From Trichoplax adhaerens (taxonomy: Eukaryota; Animalia; Placozoa): 64,000 nucleotides of DNA. Shown here one piece after another: positions 53,441 to 64,000 of this stretch. Position 1 is the first letter of the stretch, and every line of letters begins with the position of its first letter. The position numbers were made by a program, and so were the translations under genes. The stretch spans positions 1,337,693-1,401,692 of the forward strand of contig NW_002060953.1 of NCBI RefSeq assembly GCF_000150275.1, given 5' to 3'. The notes beneath the pieces are model-generated. The model made no database searches and was not told the origin of the DNA. It was given only the letters and a program-made list of their open reading frames with translations.

Positions 53441-53754
53441 TACGTATTGGCATTTTTTTAGTTTAATCAGCTTGCAAGTAGGGGATAAGTGTAAGCGTAA
53501 ATTGCAATGCTTAGATGGCCGTATCACGATATTTTTGTTCATTTTAGGTTATGGTTACGAAATAGTTCTCATACGCTTCAATAAAATATTTTCCGGGCTC
53601 AATCTTAACTTTCCGTAATAATCTTTTAGATGTTGGCAAAATATTGATACCTTCTACTCGTTTAGGCAGCATAATTTATTTATCAAATCCTTAATAAATT
53701 TTATCTGAAATAGTTAACCTTTAAATTAAGTAAAATTCAAAATACCAATACGTA
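53441..53754. mobile_element. Putative MITE (Tc1/mariner-pogo-like, TA-flanked)
   Basis: Inverted ends TACGTATTGGCATTTT ... AAAATACCAATACGTA (15/16 match) around a non-coding interior. Single copy in the window. Confidence 0.45.
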
Positions 53755-55784
53755 TGATTTACATAGACATTATAATGGTATTTCATGATGTTTCTGTAAT
53801 TATTTTTTAAGCCTTTATCAGGCCTCGTAGACAATAAATTATTCAAACTCTCAATTTTATACTTTTAGATAATAACGAATCCTGTTAATTCGGAAATAGG
53901 CGTAGTTAAATTCATTTGGTACGATACCAACGTAAACATTGCTACTATATTCAAGGCAAGGGGATTGTGCTCTCGGAAACCCTATTTACCAACACTTCCT
54001 TTAAGTTTACTTAATTCCGGAAGAAACGGAATAATGAAAACAGTGCTATACCAATATTTAACTTCCTAGTAGTTGATAATATTAATATTTTTGCCCGCAG
54101 TATTTTTGTAGCCAATGATTTTCAACTACATAAATGATACTATGACGGGTACTAGCAGAAACTATACTTATTCATTAAGCTTTTAATAATTATATTCTTA
54201 AATAATGTAACGTGTTTATGGAATTCTCTGCATTATTATGATTACTGCCCTTTTTAGTAAATATAGTATATCGCTTGTATGTTATATTGTTAAAGATAAT
54301 ATGATAGTTTGGAAAGTGATTACATAATATAAATATATATATGTTATGTTATATACATATATATTATTATCAACTGCTAGTTTTAGTAACAAAATAATAA
54401 TCCTCTATTTACGATTAAGTTAAATAAAGCGGCAATTTTTGTTTGAAAACGATAACTCGCTTAATACTTTAGAGGAATTGCTATCGATTTAATTATAAAT
54501 TTGGACAAATTACCTAGTACTACTGTTACTTCTGAGCCTTCTAACGCGAGCTCTGTGTTAACTAAGACCGACAACTGCCAATACTGTCTACATGACTATT
54601 TATTAATCGTGCAAAGCAACAAATAATTTCAACTTTTCAATCTTAAATGCATATGAGATCGAATCTTACTAAAGTAAATATCAGTTGATTTTAAGGTTGA
54701 ACTCTATTTCCAGTATAAATCAATGAAATTTTATTCAAATACTGAAGCTTGCTAGAATAATGCAAATTTATGGTTAAAACTCGAATTGCAAATGCAACAA
54801 CTTTGCGTTGGTTTATAGCCTTGAGAGCTTGTTAGTCCTTGAAATTCACATGCAAATACTATATATATTTAGTCTTTTTGGAATATTATGCCAGTCAATT
54901 TGGCAATTATATAACATCGCCAGCATAAGCAACCACTGTGATAAGCATTGCGTGCTATTTTCAAGGCCTTTGAAGAGTCATTTCATTAACGACAGCCTTT
55001 TGCAAACGCTTTGAAAGTGAACAAATTTTTCCTCATGTAAAGACCCTAAAGCCTTAATAGTGTTCTTGAATTTTCCACTTTCAGTTCAATCTTTCAATAT
55101 TTGGCATTCATATTTATCAGGAATTGATCATTAAATTTTTAAATTTAAATCTAACAATATAGTAAATTTACTGCAAATTTTCTTCATAATAAACAAGAAA
55201 CTTGATTCTATTTTACCCAATATTACTTCCGGAAGTAAAACTATTTTGTTAGAATAAGGTAGGTGCCGTTGAAGATATGAGATCTGAAAGAAATTGTTTA
55301 TTGAAAGCTATTAATAATTTCTCTTCTAATATTGACATTCAGTTTAATTTTCCTCTTATAATTCATTATTTCTAATTGTTATTGCGCTCGAAATTTTTAG
55401 ATGTATAAAGCAATAGGGTTCTATGCTATAAAATTCATTGATAAATCTTATTTAAACCCCTACTTCGTTATGTAGTATAATCATTTTAAGATGTGTTTAC
55501 TGTAAACGCAGAATACGCGTTCGAATAATGCAATGACAATTTCGAAGCTATGATTGTTCTAGTCTATCCCGCATACCATATCGCACGAATGAAATAATAA
55601 AATTAATTAATAATATACCCAATAAAATAGTCGTAGAATTTCTGCAAGAAGCAGTATATTACCATTTTATCTGATATTCAAATACCTATATATATATACT
55701 TATGCATTTCACGCTTTACTTTGTCTTGGCTCTTTTAACTAGAAACTTGGTTACCATATAGTCTTATAAATAATATGCAGTATT

Positions 55785-57153
55785 TGCAATGAAATGAAAA
55801 GTGTAGAGATCAAGCTACAAAACTTTAACAAACTTTGATTCTACTTTCGTTGCCTCCGGTAGACTAAGCAAAACTTTGACACCAAATAAAATTTGGGGAA
55901 ATAATCGAACAACAATTTATTACAAAACAAAATGGAAAGAAGTATAAACCGAACAACGTTACAAATACTTAGCTTTATGTATTAATAAAATAAGTGAGAC
56001 TTAAAAACTATCAACGACCGAACAACCTTTCAAAAACAAGAACGTTTCAACTTACGACAATTCGACCCCGAAGGCCTTTTAAATTCAACAAGTTCTTCAG
56101 ATAAAATCTTCTTCTACTCTCTCTAAATTTTCTAATTGCACTATCATTTATAGGCTTCATAGAGCTGTCAGAGGTATTTAAAACTAAACATTTACTAACC
56201 AATCGCTCTTAAGATCCGTTTTACAAAACTACTTTGCACCATTTAAGAAAACAAAAATCACTCAAAGTTCAGACACAATTTACCCTATGATTGCCTTACA
56301 AAACACTATAAAACCAACAAGTTAACTATGAAAATACATCAAACTTCAATTCTAACTTAATTTCTATCATTAATACACTATAAAAGTCTAAAAATCAACC
56401 TTTAAACATCAAGATTTAGTCATAAAAACTACAGTCTACTACTTAACAATCAACACAACCTCTGCCAATTTCCAGCTTATTTTCTATTTTTCTAACTAAA
56501 CTTTCCTAATGTGACTTTCAAGTCACGTCATAAAATTCCAAAGTTTCAAATTCATGACAAAAATTTCAAATTTAAAACATCAACTCTTACGATATTTTTC
56601 ATAAACTAAAATCCAAAATCTAAAACAGAAAAATTATATCGGACATAAATCCGACCGGTTCCGGAATCCGAATCCGAAAAATTATATCGGATTTTATAAA
56701 GATTACAGTAATCGCTATTTCGCTAATCAGAAAGTTTTATATGACTATCACGACTACTTTTCTGACAATAGTATCGCTGAGTATTGACAGTTGATGTTTT
56801 AGCGTCAGATTGTACAGTAACTGTACGATTATAGACTACATTACAGTACTTTATCGTCATGTTATAAATCCCCTTTCTCTAAGGATAGGATTTTGCTACT
56901 AAGTTAAATTCCTTTAAAATTTGAATAGACGATCAAACGCCCTTTCTTTAGGTTAGGCCATTGCTCTAGGGCTACTTTTATAGTAATCTATATAATACCT
57001 TGTAAAATAATGAAGAAGAAAAGATGGCGACATGATGACTTGGCAGGGTACAACTTAAAGACACTATCACTTTCTAGGTATTTTCTATAGTAAAATAATG
57101 CTAGTTACATACTAAAAGCTACAAAAGACTCTACTTTTTAGTCCTTTACTACA
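55785..57153 (+). mobile_element. Family D long solo-LTR-like repeat, copy 2, with 4-bp TSD
   Basis: TGCAATG...ACTACA flanked by TATT (55781-55784) and TATT (57154-57157). A 4-bp TSD with TG..CA ends fits Ty3/Gypsy-type integrases. Confidence 0.82.
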
Positions 57154-60100
57154 TATTAATACTTTATACGTGCATCTAAGATTAATTATCCATACTATCA
57201 AAGATTTATTCCTATTTATTTCTATTGATTACTATTGATTACTACGGTATAGAGGTATGGTATGCAGGTGTCTATGTTTTAGTATGAGATTCATCTAGGA
57301 TAGCAAGACCGAAACTTATCATAAAGTAAATTAAAATCACGTCAACTGTGGGTAATTTCATTCCATTGAAGACTATTTAGCACTGTACGGTAGTTTGATT
57401 GTTACAAAGATTTAGGTTAGGTAACCATATTGCAAGTTGATTGAGACAAGCATGCAATATATATTTCGGTAAACATACGAAAATAGACCGTACAACTAAT
57501 ATAATAGTAGGCCATACTTAGAAGTACTACTATCATGTTAGTAAACAAGAAAATATATATTTTTAAATTAACAAACTTCTTTAGATATGTCTCCATGGAT
57601 TAATAGTACAATTTACTTACTAAAATGTAAAAAGTGTATTACCCTAAGGCTAACTCATATTAAATTTATTTGTTAAAGGTGATACATGGATATAGCATTA
57701 CTGGTTTGAGTAGTAAAAATGCAATTACTTTCCCTTGGGCAGGTTTCTTGAGCTATTTTTGACTTCGAATTGGGCAATGACTTCAATTAAGTACAGTACA
57801 GTGTTTGAAAGTTTAACAGTGATGTAATACAGCAGTGTGACTTAGACAATAATCTGGTACGATTAATAATGAAGTAATTATAAAGGAGAGTTAGGACAAT
57901 AAAATGATGTACGCATAATATTTGCACTATATATAGGACATGTACGTAATAGACCATAGCTGACGGCCATATAAAGTCATATTTTTTGTGTCATTTACTA
58001 TTATGATTCTAAACTCTTGAGCATAGTATTGTAGAGTAATACTTGGTTAAATTTAAAGAAGTTATATATAATCTTTGCTGTATCGTCTAACATAATAAAT
58101 GATTGTGCTAATTATCTTAGCCGCTTGCAACCATTCATATAAGAGGGAAAAAAGCAGATTTTTCTTTGCCAGGTGGACTTATAATAAAACATTACTCTTA
58201 AGGTTAAATAAGCGTTTACTAAAATATGCTACACTGAAGAATTTCTTCATTTTTAATAGCTCTTAATTCGAGTTGATAGGTATTACAGTGAGCTTGCGTA
58301 TTTACTAAGCTATAGTCTCTGCAAAAGTTAAATTATATTATTTTAAATATACTGGAACTAGATTTATTGTAAACAAAGAGATATTAAAACATTCCCCGAA
58401 TGTTCATTCATTTCAAAAAAAGTATAATAATGCGCAAAAGTGGACAACTCCCATCATATCACACTAGACATCGAACTGATGTAAGGTAGAATCTGGAATT
58501 GAATTTATAGTACTTTTGCAATTTTAAATCAAGAAATTCCTTTATTTGGTAGTTGCACTAAAAATTTCAGGCTTATACAAGCATACCTATATCGTCTGTA
58601 GAACAGTACCGATTAGCTTATGAAAACTCTATTTAATGTCCTTAAATCCACTACCTTACCAAGCCAACATTCTTTGAATTTATTTGGTTCTGTAATTGAA
58701 GAATTTATCTCCGTCTAGAAATATCTATATTGAGGATCTTGCATTTTAAAAACCTTAACATTTGCTACTTCCTGTAATATGGATTGCAAGTACTCGTTTA
58801 CAGAATGTTGTATGATTTCTGTAACTATTTTCATAATTAATAGTAAGAACTATAGTTTGCAATAAAGCCTCAAAGAATCAATTCTGATAGTTATTTAACC
58901 AATTGGTCTACGTGTAATGTGTCTGTCTTATATTTAGATATAATTTGCTTTACTATTCTACTTTCATGTTATAAAATTTTAAGCTCTATAACGACAGTGA
59001 CCAACATCAGAGCATCAGATATGATCAAACATGTTTATTAAAGTCAATGTAGGCAAAGACGGTAAGTAATATTTGAAGAATTTTAGCTTCAAAATCAACA
59101 TTTAGCCATTTTACAATGCAAAGCTAATTATAATTAATGATTTTTACATTTCTTGCATAATTTTTTAATAATTATAGTTTGTTACTAATACTAAAGTCAC
59201 CATAATAATTTTCACAGTGGGCTACTTATCAGTTCTGAGATTGCAAACTTGTTATTACGTTCAAATTTTAAAATTTCCGAATATAGTAAACAACTATTGT
59301 AAATTCTCATATCAATACCATTACATCAGCTTTAAAATTTTTTTCTAAAAAGCTTACTGAATTAAAATAAAGGAAAGCTGATTAATTGCTTCTAAATTTA
59401 TGGCATTAATTATATTGTTATTCATATTTATTTAATATTGGGCCTTACAGACTTCATAAAATAAATTTAAAACAAAATTCTTCAAAGGCATAATTTAAGA
59501 AATTTATTATCGAAAAACAGTCAAGGTTAAAAAATTAATTCTAAGAGTTACAGTTTTCAATCATATAGCACACTGGTCTTTAAGAATATCCTGCATTGCT
59601 TTACAAACAGTATGACGCAGCTTTAACTTCGAAAAGAGAAATATTACAATCTCCCAGGATTTTAGGCTTTATAAGCTTATGCCTATCTATGTTAATCCTA
59701 TTACACCATAACAATTATGTTTTGTAAATAGCGTTTACAATATTTATTGACGAAAGTAATTGCTGCAAAGTCGAGTTAATGGTTATACTGTATCTATCTG
59801 TATGCTAATATTTATTACCCTTGAAATACGGTACTTCACGAATAAGCTACTTTAGGTAAGTATTACGATAAACGTAGCATGAAGAATTTGTTAAATTAAA
59901 GGAATATTAATAAAATTCGATCACTAAAGTAGCTTCGGTGAGTTCCATCAATTTTTTATTTTGTCCTCCTAAAAGAAAATTTCACAATTGCGTAATTAAT
60001 ACTTATTAGCATCATATGAAGAGCAGAATGATAATCAATCACATTCAGCCAAATATACTACCGTAATGTCGACATTCATATCCCCAAACAAATTACAGAT

Positions 60101-60374
60101 CGGTATTTTTTGATGCTTAATTCTTTTATAATATTATATCATTCTAAATTGACATTCTTCGACTTGAAAATTTGTAGGAGCTTTATTCTTAGCTTTCATT
60201 TTTGCTGTCAAATGATCAATTTACCCTAATATACTCATTGTCATCTAGCCTTAGACATAAGAAAAGGTAAGTATAAACTTTGAAAAAATATTATGGCTTC
60301 TAACTGGTCATCAATACTATTTTTTCGAAGAAGAATAATAATTTTTATTTAGATCCATGTTAAAAAAAAACGTG

Positions 60375-60600
60375 CGTGACATATATAATATTCCCTTTAT
60401 TACGCTGATACGACGTATATGTTTACCTGCCAGTAATATTTCTGGTTTCCTGAATTACAACTATAACTTAAGTGTGCACCAGCTGATATGGAACAAATCC
60501 TTAATGTAGGACTAATTGCGGTAGGCTAAAATAGTCATCGCCAACTAATTTATCAGATTATAACCATCACTCAAGTTAGGATTAACCCTAGCTTGTAACA
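60375..60600 (+). mobile_element. Possible LTR 3' end remnant
   Basis: Ends with hairpin AAGTTAGG..CCTAGCTT followed by GTAACA, like the family G terminus. The 5' boundary is unsupported. Confidence 0.28.
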
Positions 60601-63600
60601 AATATCAAAACAAAATTTATACTACTAGAATAATTTTAATATGGGCATAGCCGATTGCAAACAACAACTAAATTTTATGGAACGTTCCTTTTAGAATTAT
60701 TACGTATTTGTGACGGAGAATTCAAAGAATCAGCCGCTGCGGACTTAGTTGCTGTTCTCAAAATTACACAACAGGATTTAATGAAAGCAGATAGTTTATT
60801 ATAGATGGTAACTAAGGTAAAATCTGGTATTTACGGTAGATCAACGTGTATGCTGTCGTGAGAAACGTGTGAAAGTACCAACACTGTGACCAGCGTAGCT
60901 AATTATTTCTGAGGTAGAAATAGACTTTATTTATAGCTTTTGAGATAAAACACAAACAGAGATCACAATTATATAATTAGATACAATGTATACCATAATA
61001 GTAAAATAATTGTAAAAAATAACGAAGACTGCTAACGCTACAAATAAACACAGCAAGCTGTGTAAGAATATAGTACAAACACACTCTAAATATGTTTATA
61101 TTTAAGAGCAATACAAAATGTCTATAGTAAGAGTTGATAATAGTTATATTACAATCTAAAAACGCTACAGTGTTCAAAATTAATAAATTCTTTCTCAGCA
61201 ATATCAGAATATTTAACCGCTGTATTACTTTTGAATCGTCCAAAATATTTTCTGCCAAACCGATCGAATTCGGCATAAGTTTAAATATAGTTTTAGTCAG
61301 ATTTAATCATAAAATTATTCACTTTTAGGTTGATGCAAACATAAATAGCATATACCAAGTTACTGGTACTGTTGTAAGAAACAATACAACTAGTATTATC
61401 AAATTAATGATTCATTTCTAGAGTATACCGAAGTTTAGAAGATAAAAGTGTTTCAAGGATACTAAAACAAAAATAAATTAAATTCCTAAGCTGAATAGAA
61501 TCCTATATTGCCAAACGAACGTAATATAAACTAAAACACTAGATTTAGTTATTCTTGCCACTATGGTACCGTTATATTGGTTGCAAAATTAAATAAAAAC
61601 AAACAGTTAGTTAAAATGAATTATAAAAGAAGCGTACCAAAGAGACCGAAATAGTGAATAGCTTATCTTTAGGTAAATCTCAGTTACGAATTAGCCAGAC
61701 TTCCAGTAAGCATAGAAACATTAATATTTTTTTATATTGCGAATTCAGTAAAATAGCAATTATTACATTAGTAAATTGGGCAAATAAATTAAGTAATAAT
61801 AGCATCCTACGTGATTTAAAAAAACAGTTAACAATATGAAAATGAAATATCTGTCAATGAATAGGCATTGGCACATAACGTTTAAAGAATCGAAAATATT
61901 ACAAACCTCACGCTGTCAAAACAAGAGTCGCCTTTTATGATTTAAAAGTTGATTATTTATTGTTCAGATAGCTGAAGTTAGGTACAAATGAATTTTATAC
62001 CATTTTTTAAAAACCAATAGGAAAATATCACTAGCCCAAAAATTATTTATCCTCGCCTTATGGTATAGCTTAAGGCTGTCATAAATTTTCTGAAAGAGTT
62101 AGCTAGCAAGAATTAATATTGAAATGTGCAGCAGCATAGCGTAAAACGTTAAACTCCAGTAATACTGAATATTATCGGTATAAAAAGATAATTTGCTAAT
62201 ATGCGCACGAATTGATCATGAATTAAGTAATCAATGTAACTGCACAAAATTATAAACTATAAGTGCGACACAAATTAAAAGAAATAAGCCTAACAATAAT
62301 TTGAAAGCTCCGAAACGTTCTACATAGCAATTAAGTAATGTTGTAGTGATGATCATTTTCTCGGTCGTAGCTGTGGTACGTAAGTAATTTGTGAATACAT
62401 ATTTAATTAAGCACTGTTACAAATATTTAATGTACGATTGTCCTCAACTAGAGCACCAGAAAACAAAATAGTTCGGATGATACTGTCGAAATCATGGTGT
62501 TTTAATTCCTTAATTTAAATAAAGTCTATGAAAATGACTTTTTTAATTATAAGCATTCTTTATTGAAATTCGAAAGATTGCTGTAGCTTATAAAACTTTA
62601 TAATTCTTTGATTTAAAAAAAATTTATAAAATTTTTAATTTATGTGCTAAATTTAAGTTTACTCAAATTACTCGAAATTGCGGGTATAAAATTGCTGTTG
62701 TGGATATTGCTCAGTTTCTTTTAAGCGTAAATTAAGAACATATCGAGACTTTAGATTAAAGTCGTGAGATGTAGGAATAAAATATGTTAGTTAGCTAATA
62801 TAGAAATAGACGCTCTAACAACTCTTGTAAGATTGACTTTTGCTACAGCTACATAATGTTATTCGAGTAATAATTCGTAGAAGACCGTTTGGGTGTTTTA
62901 CATTGAATTCTAGTATTTTCTATAATTACATGATACGAGTACTACCATTTATTCTATTTTCATTAAATCACTATATCGGAAAAGGAATCCATTCCGGCTA
63001 TTATCAGAATTCATAAAGCATTCCCGCTTAGTCTAACAAAATTGTAAATCATTTAATATTGGATATTTTTTCTATCAAAGACCACATGTTCTTCAATTAT
63101 GACAGCAGTAATCAAGATTAACTGTATTTAGTATATTTAACTTTGAGGCCAAGAATTTTATCATGATTAATACAATATTGATATTTGATATTGTAATATT
63201 ACCCTGTGTTAGATCATTAGTTGAATAAGTGATCAAAAGGCCTAATCTATTTTAAACTAATAGACCAATTAAAGAAATACATTGATGTAGAATAGACATC
63301 CGATCGATTATTGTTTATGGATCTAGAGAACAAACATATCGACAAAAACAATAATATCAAAAAATTTAAACTATTGTCACGATAAGAGGAATACTAATAA
63401 TAACAAGTATTCTTATCTCTATAAACTTTCTTTATAATGATTTTAGAAGGTTATTGCTCAGGATTACGAAGGAAGTTTAGTTGTTTCATTTAGTTTCGGA
63501 TAGTTGTCTTGAATAAATCAATATTACTGTGCAAGCTAATATGGTGCTGACTTCGTCGACGATGTTATTATCATCTACTTTAATTTATATTTCATCCAGA

Positions 63601-64000
63601 GAACGGAACTTAGCCTCTTTTATCTGTTATGCCTATAGCTATTGTCATTGAAATACTAGAATAAAAGACCTGAAAAGATAGAAATAAGACAGACAGGATA
63701 CTTTCTTTGCAATTCACAGCTATTGTCAACTGTTTTTGTATTCATGACAATCACAGAGTTCAATCTTGGCCTAGATTGATAGCTTAACTAAATAAGAAGT
63801 CCGAAAATAGTTGATTTGCCCATCCACAAGGTATGCTATTATTATCAGGCTTTATAATTATTATTCATATTTGTTATTATCGGCTTAGATTAAGCCCTAT
63901 GTACAACGTAGCTTTAAAGTGGTAAGTTTAAGATAGAAAACAATGACAAACCAGTATTAAACTGGCAAGTTATTGACATTAGCAACGGTAAGCAATGAAT

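Noticed and set aside
565-57153. A single giant 56-kb LTR element with outer TATT TSD carrying the GPCR cluster
   Set aside because: The right-hand repeat has TATT on both of its own sides, which fits a solo LTR. There are no retroelement genes, and the interior is an old mosaic.
1-64000. CRISPR arrays, rRNA, tRNA and prokaryotic operons
   Set aside because: No regularly spaced repeats or recognisable RNA genes seen. The sequence is gene-sparse and eukaryotic in character.

Overview
AT-rich eukaryotic (animal) genomic scaffold with two 50-N gaps. The composition and the intronless, lineage-specific class A GPCR cluster resemble placozoan (Trichoplax-like) DNA, but the organism is inferred, not shown. 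The window holds a tandem cluster of single-exon rhodopsin-family 7TM receptor paralogs. Three are intact (5330-6313 +, 33696-34685 +, 47698-48699 -). One is full length with a single in-frame TGA exactly at the conserved ECL2 cysteine (18926-19909 +). One has four stops (26050-27027 +). One is heavily decayed and split by an LTR insertion (~9950-11330 +). The intergenic space carries about 25 solo-LTR-like elements (TG...CA ends, mostly 5-bp TSDs) from about 10 sequence families, roughly 14-15 kb by my tally, with two nested insertions and no gag-pol internal sequence. Most notable: (1) the Cys-aligned UGA receptor (selenocysteine or readthrough candidate versus fresh pseudogene); (2) family-wide loss of the Na+ pocket together with a native Gln at 3.43; (3) a covarying 23-bp terminal hairpin shared by otherwise dissimilar LTR families. 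All alignments were done by eye. Family letters are my own labels.
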